Of a stretch of DNA of 40,532 nucleotides, positions 17,087 to 25,148 are shown piece after piece; positions within the stretch are counted from its first letter, which is position 1, and each line of letters opens with the position of its first letter. Source of the DNA: a virus. The DNA is taken from IMG/VR virus record IMGVR_UViG_3300010370_000005; one strand, given 5' to 3'. The notes below the pieces were generated by a model. The model ran no database searches, was not told where the DNA came from, and worked only from the letters and a program-made list of their open reading frames with translations. Both the position numbers and the translations under genes were made by a program.

Positions 17087-18734
17087 CTCCTTGATCTGGT
17101 GGAGGCTCTAAACCTTGGGGCATCGTGGCTGCGGCATTAGCAGCATCCTTAGCAGTGGCTGCCATCTCACGACCTCGAGCAACCTCAGCCATTTCCGCCT
17201 GTTGTTCTGAACGCTGTTGACGCATAGCTTGTAGTTTTTCTACAGACAATAGAGTCTCAAGCGGCGCATCAAGCAGCTTAGCTGCCCAGCGAACGGTACC
17301 GTCTGCGTCAATGTTGTCGAAGACTTCGGGTTTAATGTTACCCAAAGGTACGAGTGCTTCAAGCAGGCGAGTAAAGCTAAACAGTTGCTGCGTCTTCTGA
17401 GCACGTGCTACTGGAGACACGTAGTCAATACGCATGTTGCGACCTTCAATAGCTGGAGGTGGCGGTGGCAGCATCTTGCGACGAGCCATAATGTTGAACA
17501 CCCGGTCAATCATAGGACCAAGCAACTCAAACTGCAAGCGACCAACCATAGGACCCATGAGTCGCATACGCTCTTCTTGACGCTGCAGCACTTCAGTTGC
17601 AGTCATTGAAGGACCTTCACGCATCTGCATCCAGTCAACGTGGAACGTTTTCAAGACGTGCGTGCGGCGTGAATCAATGAACTCAAGGCCAATGTCAGGA
17701 CGTACACCTTCAATCAAAGGCATAACCTTGTCTTGGGTCCCTGAACGGTAATAGTTTAAGCCACCAGGGATGGTGCGCAATGGCAGCATGAAGCCATCGT
17801 CAGGAACAAGCAACGGTGGATCAGTGGCCTTCTGAGCAGCCTTGATGACCGTCTTGCTCATCTCGTTGATCATCTTAATGTCAGGCATGGCAGTCATGGC
17901 AGGAGACCTACCATACACTTCACCTGCTGTCTTTGTCCAGCGAGGCACCATGTAAGGGAACTCGTTGAAACCGCCGACGTTAAGAACCAGTTTTTCTTCT
18001 TCAAGAATGTAAGCACTCATCCAAGGCATGTTCTTGGCAAGCTTACTATCTGGGTTAAAAGTGTCTCTGGGTTCTACTGCGTGAATGCAAGTATATTCTT
18101 TGTGAGGGTCTTTGTAGACGTTCTCAATGAACTTCTCAGGCAACTTGTCTTTGTACATCTGGACTAGTTGACGACCTGAATGCTTGTATTGACGGTACAA
18201 CGTATCGACTGCGCCTTCAGCGTTTTCAGCGATGTAGCACTCAGCCAAGTGATACGTTCTAAAGTTAATTGGCCTGCCTGGTTTGTCTTCAACGTACAGA
18301 ACACCTGTGCCGTAAGAACCAAGGTCAAGGTAGAGCTCGTGAATCATCGAGCCAAAGTTAGAGTTAGGCGAGTGAAAGACTTCGCGGAACATCATGTCCA
18401 CGACGCCTTGCAGCCACATCTGGGTCTGCTCGTCTTCCTCTTCTCGCATCTTTTCTAAGATGAGAGTAAACCACGTCTCTGAGGGCGCGGTCAAATAGCC
18501 ATGCAAACCGGCAGCTAGTTGTTCATTAGCTAGCGGGGCCGTTGAGTCATAGACCTTGTCAAACCTAGTCCGGTCGCCTTGGCTGCGCTGAGCGTTGAAA
18601 TCGCCTCGTCTTGGGTTGACAAAATCTGTGCAATCTTGCCAAGTGTTTTCCCAAGGGCTGCGAATCTGCTTAAGTTTCCCCAGGCGATCGATCGTGGTAG
18701 TGACAAGCTTTTTATCGTCTTGTCCTTTATCCAC
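17061..18734 (-). CDS. Portal (head-to-tail connector) protein, podovirus type (557 aa)
   Basis: Size and position are consistent with a portal. The N-terminus ...LKQIRSPWENTWQDCTDFVNPRRGDF and the overall pattern resemble the T7 gp8-type connector family. Confidence 0.8.
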   Translation of the reverse strand: MDKGQDDKKLVTTTIDRLGKLKQIRSPWENTWQDCTDFVNPRRGDFNAQRSQGDRTRFDKVYDSTAPLANEQLAAGLHGYLTAPSETWFTLILEKMREEEDEQTQMWLQGVVDMMFREVFHSPNSNFGSMIHELYLDLGSYGTGVLYVEDKPGRPINFRTYHLAECYIAENAEGAVDTLYRQYKHSGRQLVQMYKDKLPEKFIENVYKDPHKEYTCIHAVEPRDTFNPDSKLAKNMPWMSAYILEEEKLVLNVGGFNEFPYMVPRWTKTAGEVYGRSPAMTAMPDIKMINEMSKTVIKAAQKATDPPLLVPDDGFMLPLRTIPGGLNYYRSGTQDKVMPLIEGVRPDIGLEFIDSRRTHVLKTFHVDWMQMREGPSMTATEVLQRQEERMRLMGPMVGRLQFELLGPMIDRVFNIMARRKMLPPPPPAIEGRNMRIDYVSPVARAQKTQQLFSFTRLLEALVPLGNIKPEVFDNIDADGTVRWAAKLLDAPLETLLSVEKLQAMRQQRSEQQAEMAEVARGREMAATAKDAANAAATMPQGLEPPPDQGVEPGAPPI

Positions 18735-18736
18735 GA

Positions 18737-18991
18737 TTAACTACCGCCAAGAGGTGACTTAGTGCCTAGCAGTTTCTTCTTCTGAAGTTTTTCCATACCG
18801 ATTGAAACACCCTGTGCTCCAGTCAACATGGTACCTTCACGGCCTTGAGCCTCACCCTCAACCTTACGTTGATTTTCTACGGCATCTGAAACAGCTTTAT
18901 CAGACGTCTTAGGGGCTTCAGGGGCTGCTGCCGGCGCAGGCGCAGAACTTGGGCTCATACCCAGAACTTTTCCAACAAATCCACCACACAT
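18737..18991 (-). CDS. Small virion-module protein (84 aa)
   Basis: ORF packed between the GNAT and portal genes. It has an Ala/Pro-rich N-terminus and the C-terminal motif TMLTGAQGV...KKKLLG. Confidence 0.45.
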   Translation of the reverse strand: MCGGFVGKVLGMSPSSAPAPAAAPEAPKTSDKAVSDAVENQRKVEGEAQGREGTMLTGAQGVSIGMEKLQKKKLLGTKSPLGGS

Positions 18992-18993
18992 AA

Positions 18994-19449
18994 CTATCTC
19001 CTTTTCTTAAAAAGGTTACCTACTACTTCGTAACCCAGGAGATGGTACAGCTGTGCCGTTCTCTCTGGGGCCACTTGCGTTGACGTAGCTGGACAAATTT
19101 CCTTTGCACCGCGCTCAAACGCCCAATCTTCAAATGCCTGGATTAGCCTCACGGCTGCCAGACTACCTCGCTTCGTTGGGTCTACAAACAAAGCCAGATC
19201 GACCGCCATCCGGTCGTTACTGAAATAATACTCTGTCAGAAGCCCCGCGTACATGGCAATTATAGTGCCGTCTTTTTCGGCTAGGTGCAAAAAGTATTCG
19301 TCAGGTGTAGCAATCATGTGGCTCACTAGGTGAGCTACCTTTTCGGGGTTATACGTACAGACCTGCGGATAGTGCGACTCGTTGAAGATCCCGGCTGACA
19401 GTTCTAGGACTCGAGGTACGTCGTCGACCGTGGCAGGGCGAATGATCAT
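18994..19449 (-). CDS. GNAT-family N-acetyltransferase (151 aa)
   Basis: The string IRPATVDDVPRVLEL...LFVDPTKRGSLAAVRLIQAFEDWAFERGAKEI...AQLYHLLGYEVVG matches GNAT motifs A and B (acetyl-CoA binding R/KxGxxA). Confidence 0.75.
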   Translation of the reverse strand: MIIRPATVDDVPRVLELSAGIFNESHYPQVCTYNPEKVAHLVSHMIATPDEYFLHLAEKDGTIIAMYAGLLTEYYFSNDRMAVDLALFVDPTKRGSLAAVRLIQAFEDWAFERGAKEICPATSTQVAPERTAQLYHLLGYEVVGNLFKKRR

Positions 19450-20741
19450 AGGATCTTGTATTCCATGTCGGCCATCCTAGGCAAGGATCTGCGGTTCATG
19501 TCTAGTTGATCGCGGAGGCCTACGCACATATATCGGAAAGCGTCGGCAGGGTGACTGGTCCAGTCGTGCAGCGGTTTGTCTCGGAAGACCTTGTTCTTTT
19601 CGTCAAAGTCTTTTCGGTACTGGCGCAATGATTCGATCAGGTGTGCACACTTTTTCTCGTCGAACCAGCACTTCGGCAGCGTCGTTCGGACGGCTTCAAT
19701 ACCGTCATCGATCCTAAGGTTTGGTACCACTCGGAATCGGATGCCAAGTTCTCGGGCAACTTCAAGTCGAGACTTACCGCTGCCAAGCTCACGAACTTGA
19801 ATATCGTGCGGGGCCAAATGTTCTCCGTAGACATAATCTCTTTCTTTGATGATCTTGGCGTAATGAGCCATGCCCTCGCCAGATGCTTCGTAGTAGTCGA
19901 TTATACGGATCTCTTGACCGTGCTTCTGATAAAAAACTATTGCAGTCGAATCTGAGACACCAAGATCCCAGGCCGTATGCACCTCGAGCCGCGGTTCATA
20001 GGGGAGACTTCCTAGCCGACCGTCGGCAAGCAGCTTAGCCATGGCGGTGCCGTAATAGCTGCCGACTAAAGGAGCATCAAAACTGCAATAGAACTCTTGT
20101 TGGATCATTTCTTCAGGCATGCCAGACGCTCGTTCCTCGTCGACAGCCTCCATAGAAATGGCCCTAGTGTCGTCTACGCTCAGGACTTGCTGGTACCATC
20201 GCTCATTTCGCTTGGCCATGTTGAGTAGGTCATATCCATGGTTTCGACCTCGAGCGGTATAAATAAACAGCGCCCATCCGCCATTCTCAGCCAAGATGGG
20301 ACGAATGTAATCCCATGCGCGGGGATCTTGGAGGGAGTATTCAGAGAAGACGACTCCGACGGGATTTGCTCCAACCAGTCTGTCGACATTGTCTGTACCC
20401 ACCACCTGATAGATTGAGCCATTCTTCAGCGTAAGCCGCATCTCCGTGTTGTTGACTGCTTCCCACATCTCTTTGGGAAAATGGTCAATAAACTTGCGAC
20501 CATCACGCGTCATCCCGTCCCAAGCAATCTTACGGCCTTGGTTGTAAGTCGGGAACAGGTGCCAGTACAAACCCGGACGAGTCAGAGCTGAAACTGCACA
20601 CCAGTTAATCGACAACAGGTCTTTGCCTGCACGCCGGTGCCAAACTGCTACGGCACGCTTACCGCCATCTTCTAAAAATTTCCACAGGGGAAACTGATAA
20701 GGCCTTGGTGCCCAATCAAGAGGTACTGTTATCTCCGCCAT
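19446..20741 (-). CDS. terL: Terminase large subunit (431 aa)
   Basis: The N-terminal ATPase string is AVWHRRAGKDLLS. The nuclease-domain strings are AWDLGVSDSTAIVF and HDWTSHPADAFRYM. The gene follows a terS-like gene and precedes the portal. Confidence 0.85.
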   Translation of the reverse strand: MAEITVPLDWAPRPYQFPLWKFLEDGGKRAVAVWHRRAGKDLLSINWCAVSALTRPGLYWHLFPTYNQGRKIAWDGMTRDGRKFIDHFPKEMWEAVNNTEMRLTLKNGSIYQVVGTDNVDRLVGANPVGVVFSEYSLQDPRAWDYIRPILAENGGWALFIYTARGRNHGYDLLNMAKRNERWYQQVLSVDDTRAISMEAVDEERASGMPEEMIQQEFYCSFDAPLVGSYYGTAMAKLLADGRLGSLPYEPRLEVHTAWDLGVSDSTAIVFYQKHGQEIRIIDYYEASGEGMAHYAKIIKERDYVYGEHLAPHDIQVRELGSGKSRLEVARELGIRFRVVPNLRIDDGIEAVRTTLPKCWFDEKKCAHLIESLRQYRKDFDEKNKVFRDKPLHDWTSHPADAFRYMCVGLRDQLDMNRRSLPRMADMEYKIL

Positions 20742-21030
20742 CAGTGTCCTTTACAACGTCACTAAACCGTACAACGTTAATGTTGAAAGAACCGCTGCCC
20801 TCGATCTCCATTTCAACTGCCTTGCGCTTAGGAGCAACGTACTGGGCCAATTCTTTAAACGCCTGGAACTTTAACTCCTGGCTTGCCGTCGGGTCGACAG
20901 CGAGCATTGCCATGCCTTCAATTGGATCGCAATTCAGTGCTGCGAGTTTTTCTTCAATTTCCGCAGTCCGCTTGTTCTTAGCTCCTGCAGGACGACCAGC
21001 GCCTTCGCGTTTACCGCCAATTTGTGCCAT
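20716..21030 (-). CDS. terS: Terminase small subunit-like DNA-binding protein (104 aa)
   Basis: This is the first gene of the minus arm, with an aggagg SD. The N-terminus GGKREGAGRPAGAKNKRT is a typical terS HTH-type motif. It overlaps terL by 26 nt. Confidence 0.6.
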   Translation of the reverse strand: MAQIGGKREGAGRPAGAKNKRTAEIEEKLAALNCDPIEGMAMLAVDPTASQELKFQAFKELAQYVAPKRKAVEMEIEGSGSFNINVVRFSDVVKDTDGGDNSTS

Positions 21031-21668
21031 GATGGGACCTCCTGTCTACCTATATTATACGGACTACGTAGGATTGTACATAGTCCCCCTGAATTTTGCA
21101 TGGGATCATAGGATTATTGGCATATTGTATTGATTGGCATTCTCTGCAATTTTCACACGCTGTGCTCTGTTTTTCCCTATACTAACCCCAATATGCACGG
21201 ATTTTTGCCGATTTACCTTTGAAAGCCCCCGCAGAACCACTGACTAGGCGCTTTTGGGCCTGCGCCCCGCTGCCTGACACCTGGGCCCCTAGCCGCAAAC
21301 ACGGACCCGAGCCGGTAAAAAACAGCTTCTCTATATAGATCCATGGTTCTTGGACCAAAAACTGGGTACAATTAACGGAAATAAGCGGAAAAAGGACCTG
21401 GGTTTGTAGGCCACGGACAATTGCGGATGGGATCGTGGATGGAAGTGGGAGGGAGGGAGTATGAAAAAAGGTGATATTTAATCAGTGGTGTAATGGGAGT
21501 CAGGAGTTGTTGAGAAGGTCAGAAGTCGACAACAATTGCAGGAGATTTAGAAAGAAGAAAGAATTGATAAAAACGATGATTAGTTTTATTGATTGAGAAT
21601 GACATCTCAATAAAAAAATTTGTTGAAAAAAACATTGTACATTTCGGATTTATGCGGTACAATTAGTT
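21031..21668. other. 638-bp non-coding divergent control region between the two gene arms (candidate promoters / ori / packaging site)
   Basis: No ORF longer than a few codons with a credible start. A GC-rich core (about 21220-21330) is followed by an AT/purine-rich segment (about 21470-21660). GTACAAT occurs three times, twice on the plus strand and once on the minus strand. Confidence 0.7.
21635..21663 (+). promoter_or_regulatory. Sigma70-like early promoter (TTGTAC-N17-TACAAT)
   Basis: TTGTAC at 21635-21640, a 17-nt spacer and TACAAT at 21658-21663, placed 36 nt upstream of the first plus-strand ATG (21699). Identified by eye only. Confidence 0.45.
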
Positions 21669-21698
21669 GTGCGGGACAAAATAGAAAGGAGAATTCGC

Positions 21699-21914
21699 AT
21701 GAAGATTTTTATTACAGAAGAACAACTGATTGCTTTGAAGGCAAACTTTAAAGAGAATCAGACCTCAATGGAAAAATGGTTGGATTGGGGAGGATTAGAT
21801 CTGATTGATAAGATGGTTGAAGAAAACAACAACAATCATCCGATTGATTGGGACGATTGTGGAAGTGTGGATCAAATGAACGAGTTGTATGGATACGTTC
21901 GCAGTAATTTATAA
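21699..21914 (+). CDS. Early protein, acidic (71 aa)
   Basis: The ATG at 21699 follows the SD aaaggag by 7 nt; the track start at 21669 is GTG with no SD. The product is acidic and rich in Trp and Asp. Confidence 0.6.
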   Translation: MKIFITEEQLIALKANFKENQTSMEKWLDWGGLDLIDKMVEENNNNHPIDWDDCGSVDQMNELYGYVRSNL

Positions 21915-21925
21915 AGGAGAAAGAA

Positions 21926-22102
21926 ATGAATGGTTACGGACGAGAAATCATGCAAAAATTTTCGTGCGACGAAAAACTTGCAGAAGAAGTTTACGAAGAA
22001 ATGTGTTGTGATGGAATAGATTTTAGTGAATGTGAACAAAGAGAATTCGACATTTGTGCGAAAGAGTGTTATGATCGAGTGATAGAAAGGAGAAAGTCAT
22101 GA
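21926..22102 (+). CDS. Early protein, Cys-rich (58 aa; below the ORF-track length cut-off)
   Basis: An aaaggag SD lies 6 nt before the ATG at 21926. It translates as MNGYGREIMQKFSCDEKLAEEVYEEMCCDGIDFSECEQREFDICAKECYDRVIERRKS. Its stop overlaps the next ATG (ATGA). Confidence 0.55.
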   Translation: MNGYGREIMQKFSCDEKLAEEVYEEMCCDGIDFSECEQREFDICAKECYDRVIERRKS

Positions 22103-22317
22103 TCACAATTGACCTTAATGGACCAGAGGGAAACGCGTTTTATCTTATCGGACTCGGTAAGAAAATTGGTAGACAACTCGAACTCCCGTGGAAACAGGTA
22201 AACGATACTGTCAACGAAATGATGAGTGGTGATTACCAGAATCTTTTGGACGTTTTTGCGAGAGAGTATGGAGACTACGTGGAATTTACAGGAGAAAATG
22301 ATGGCGAAGAATTCTAA
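22099..22317 (+). CDS. Early protein, acidic (72 aa)
   Basis: SD aaaggag; ATGA coupling with the upstream ORF. Confidence 0.6.
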   Translation: MITIDLNGPEGNAFYLIGLGKKIGRQLELPWKQVNDTVNEMMSGDYQNLLDVFAREYGDYVEFTGENDGEEF

Positions 22318-22567
22318 GAAAACTAAAAAAGTGGTGATGACCAGAGAGGAGGCGATTGATCGCCTTCTTGAATGTTGGGCGGATTATTACTCCGATGATC
22401 CGCATCAAGCATTTGAAAACATCATGGAGATTTACGAGAATGGAATGAAAGGCTATCGTCATATGACCAGCATCGAACTCATTCAAGAACTGGAGGGTTC
22501 GGTGTTTTACGGCGAAAATGTGGAGATCACAATTAGAAAGGAGATTGGTGATGGAGAAGTCATTTAA
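22298..22567 (+). CDS. Early protein (89 aa)
   Basis: Start refined to the ATGATG after ggagaaa. The upstream part of track ORF 22226 overlaps the preceding gene out of frame. Confidence 0.55.
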   Translation: MMAKNSKKTKKVVMTREEAIDRLLECWADYYSDDPHQAFENIMEIYENGMKGYRHMTSIELIQELEGSVFYGENVEITIRKEIGDGEVI

Positions 22568-22877
22568 AGTTTTGACGAGTAGAGAAGACGTCGATGAATT
22601 CAATTGTGGAAGTCTGAAAGGTTATGTGAGGACGGATTTCCAGAATTTGTGCGAGACTTTCGGGCCTCCAACTTATGGTCCATTTGATTACGCGAGCGAC
22701 AAGGTGACATGCGAGTGGAAGATAAAAACGGACGACGGTCTGTTGGTGACCATTTACGACTGGAAGATGGGGGTAACTCCAATTGATCTTTACAATTGGC
22801 ACATTGGCGGACATTCGGACGAAAATGTGGCGTGGGTTGGTAAGCAACTCGGACAACAAGCATGGGGGTGGAAATGA
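22551..22877 (+). CDS. Early protein (108 aa)
   Basis: Start refined to MEKSFKVL after the SD aaaggag. The motif FGPPTYGP...KVTCEWKI...IYDWK...YNWHIGG looks like a conserved small phage family. Confidence 0.55.
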   Translation: MEKSFKVLTSREDVDEFNCGSLKGYVRTDFQNLCETFGPPTYGPFDYASDKVTCEWKIKTDDGLLVTIYDWKMGVTPIDLYNWHIGGHSDENVAWVGKQLGQQAWGWK

Positions 22878-23092
22878 AGGTTGACGCGATTACAGGAGTG
22901 GTTGGCATTAAGGTAGAACTGTCCGCTGCGGAAGCACAAGTTCTGATGTCTTATTTTGACTGGGGTTTAGACATCTTGGCAGAAATGCTAGAAGACGAAG
23001 ATCCAGGGATGACAGGGTTGCTGCCAGAGGATTTGGAGGTTCTCAAGAAACTTCGTTCCCATATTGCCTCTATTAGTATAGGGAAAAAATAA
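22874..23092 (+). CDS. Early protein, acidic (72 aa)
   Basis: The ATG at 22874 overlaps the upstream TGA (ATGA). An alternative ATG lies at 22862. Confidence 0.5.
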   Translation: MKVDAITGVVGIKVELSAAEAQVLMSYFDWGLDILAEMLEDEDPGMTGLLPEDLEVLKKLRSHIASISIGKK

Positions 23093-23282
23093 TTTTTTTT
23101 CTTCATTCTTAGTCCCCTTGGCCAATCAATACAATAAACCAATAAGTTCTTGATTTCACATATATAAAGGAGGGTCAAAAGTTATTAACAAAATGCGCCA
23201 ATAATCGGATCGGACTATTTACGTGGTCCTAGGTCCATGGTACGATGTAATTCCGCAGTTTCGCGGACATAAAGGAGAATTT

Positions 23283-23483
23283 ATGAAAGTGAGTGAGTTG
23301 ATCGAGATCTTGCAAGATCATCGGCAAGAAGACGAAGTTTGGATTGCCAAGAGTCCTGCCAGACCGTTTATGGCACAGATTCGAGGGGTCGTCAAGACTT
23401 CGAATTTAGGTCCTGTCTTCATTCTTGAAGATTACGGTTCTAAGCCCCTTGACGTTGATTTATGGAGGATACTCGATGAGTAA
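23283..23483 (+). CDS. Hypothetical protein (66 aa)
   Basis: The ATG at 23283 lies 5 nt after aaaggag. The track start at 23223 lacks an SD. Confidence 0.55.
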   Translation: MKVSELIEILQDHRQEDEVWIAKSPARPFMAQIRGVVKTSNLGPVFILEDYGSKPLDVDLWRILDE

Positions 23484-24018
23484 TATTGAAAATTGTAAGA
23501 CAGTCGACGAATTGCGCAAGTATTCGATGCAAGAACTTTCAAGCTTGTATTCGAAGATCGTCAAGGCTCATGCTCCCAAGTTCAGTGACAAGGGTGTTGC
23601 TGCCAAGCGCATTTTGCCGTTGCTAGAACAAAAACGCCGTGAGTTTGAGATTTTCCCAGGCACCAAGAAGCAGCTTGATTCTTTGACGATTCGTGGTGAG
23701 CCAAAACTGGTCTTTGTCGATCCACCCAAGGATCTGTCTAAGATCATCAAGGTTCGCGGTCGTCCGTCTGGTCAGTTGGCCAACCGGATCTACCATTTTG
23801 ATTTTAGTCGTTTTCTTGATGTTGAGCGTCAATTGCCTCCTCAGGCTTGTGGTATCATTCGCAGCTTGATGAAGCAAGACGAACAGACCACGTGGACCGA
23901 AGGCGATTTGCCTGCAGCCATTGAAGTGAAGACCAAGCAAAATCCTTGGCGGATCTTTCAATACTACCGTCCGAAGCTTTTAGCCCTTAAAGTTCTGAGG
24001 GTTGAAAATGCGTCGTAA
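23476..24018 (+). CDS. Hypothetical protein (180 aa), basic
   Basis: The ATG at 23476 follows ggagga and overlaps the upstream gene by 8 nt. No motif recognised. Confidence 0.55.
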   Translation: MSNIENCKTVDELRKYSMQELSSLYSKIVKAHAPKFSDKGVAAKRILPLLEQKRREFEIFPGTKKQLDSLTIRGEPKLVFVDPPKDLSKIIKVRGRPSGQLANRIYHFDFSRFLDVERQLPPQACGIIRSLMKQDEQTTWTEGDLPAAIEVKTKQNPWRIFQYYRPKLLALKVLRVENAS

Positions 24019-24124
24019 TCTATCTGATTTCGAGGCATTGTTGTTGATGATCGCGATCCCCGCAGCAGTGGTAATTGTACTAGTACTATTATTCCTGTTG
24101 CGTGCGGTCATTTTCCGTGTATAA
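24008..24124 (+). CDS. Possible small membrane protein (38 aa; below the ORF-track cut-off)
   Basis: A gaggg SD lies 6 nt before the ATG at 24008. It translates as MRRNLSDFEALLLMIAIPAAVVIVLVLLFLLRAVIFRV, with a single TM helix. Confidence 0.35.
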   Translation: MRRNLSDFEALLLMIAIPAAVVIVLVLLFLLRAVIFRV

Positions 24125-24125
24125 T
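24098..24125 (+). promoter_or_regulatory. Sigma70-like promoter (TTGCGT-N16-TATAAT) upstream of the DUF932 gene
   Basis: TTGCGT at 24098-24103 and TATAAT at 24120-24125, placed 32 nt before the ATG at 24158. Identified by eye only. Confidence 0.45.
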
Positions 24126-24157
24126 AGCCATTCCAACTCATTAGAAAGGAGAATCAT

Positions 24158-25132
24158 ATGGCTCACTTAATCGAATCCATGGCATACGCCAACTCAACTC
24201 CCTGGCACGGTCTAGGTAACCAGGTCAGTGATGCATTAACCCCGCAAGAGATGATCCTTGCTGCCGGTCTTGATTGGACCGTCAGTCGCAGATCTATGTT
24301 CACCACCCAGTCAGCTGCTGACTTTCAGGCTTCAGAAGCAACTCTGAAGACCAACGATTGGGGCGTCCTCGTTCGTGATTCAGACAACAAGATCCTAGGT
24401 CCTTGCGGCAAGAATTACGTGCCCATGCAGAACAGCGAAGTTTTTGCCTTCTTCGATCGCTTTGTCAAAGCAGGTCACATGAAGATGGAAACCGCAGGAT
24501 CCTTAGACGGTGGCCGTCAGGTCTGGGGCCTTGCTGCCATCAACAAGGGCTTTGCTTTGCCCGGCGGTGACGAAGTCAACGGATACTTGCTGCTCAATCA
24601 GCCGCACGTCTGGGGTAAGTCCTTGACCATCATGTTTACGCCCATCCGAGTCGTCTGCAACAACACCTTGACGCAAGCTCTCGGACAAGCTGGTGAGCGC
24701 TTTACCATGTCGCACATACGCCAGTTTGACCAGGATGTCATCCAGAAGGCCGAAACAGCCTTAGGTCTTGCTACCCATCAACTTGATGCTTTCAAGGCCA
24801 CTGCGGAGCTCCTAGCAAGAGTGTCGTACCAAGAAAACAAGGTCACTGAGTACATCGCCAAGCTTTTCAATCCAGCTCTTGTTGGCGGCGAAATAACCCG
24901 AGACCAATTTACAAGATCCGCGGACGAAGTCTATAATTGCATTCACACGCAGCCAGGTGCAGACTTGTCCGAAGGTTCATGGTGGTCTGCCTTGAATGCG
25001 GTTACGTTCTACGTTGATCACAAAGCCGGTCGCAACCGCGATGCTGCCTTGAATTCGGCGTGGTTTGGCCCGCGAGCCGCTCTCAAGCGGAAGGCCTTAG
25101 ACCTGGCAGTCGAGTACGCGCAAGCTGCCTAA
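24158..25132 (+). CDS. DUF932 / phage-plasmid-like protein (TIGR03299-type, 324 aa)
   Basis: The N-terminus MAHLIESMAYANSTPWHGLGNQV...TPQEMILAAGLDWTVSRR matches the characteristic start of DUF932 proteins, as I recall the family. The SD is gaaaggag. Confidence 0.7.
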   Translation: MAHLIESMAYANSTPWHGLGNQVSDALTPQEMILAAGLDWTVSRRSMFTTQSAADFQASEATLKTNDWGVLVRDSDNKILGPCGKNYVPMQNSEVFAFFDRFVKAGHMKMETAGSLDGGRQVWGLAAINKGFALPGGDEVNGYLLLNQPHVWGKSLTIMFTPIRVVCNNTLTQALGQAGERFTMSHIRQFDQDVIQKAETALGLATHQLDAFKATAELLARVSYQENKVTEYIAKLFNPALVGGEITRDQFTRSADEVYNCIHTQPGADLSEGSWWSALNAVTFYVDHKAGRNRDAALNSAWFGPRAALKRKALDLAVEYAQAA

Positions 25133-25148
25133 TAAAGGAGAAACCAGA

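Noticed and set aside
21429-21481. Four G3 tracts (possible G-quadruplex, 21429-21457), followed by a 6-codon mini-ORF (MKKGDI, 21461-21481) behind a gggagggagggag SD-like run
   Set aside because: One loop would be 15 nt long, so the quadruplex would be weak. The mini-ORF is too short to support from sequence alone. I kept it only as part of the non-coding-region finding.
21031-21668. Search for a tRNA or other RNA gene in the large intergenic region
   Set aside because: I could not fold any segment into a cloverleaf with a T-loop (GTTCRANYC) or D-loop signature. The GC-rich hairpins are short (5-6 bp).
23093-23282. 190-bp gap after the early cassette as a promoter (TTTACG-N17-TACGAT at about 23218-23246) or a terminator (T8 run at 23093-23100)
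   Set aside because: The hexamers are weak matches, and no stem precedes the T-run. It is plausible as a regulatory boundary but too weak to list as a feature.
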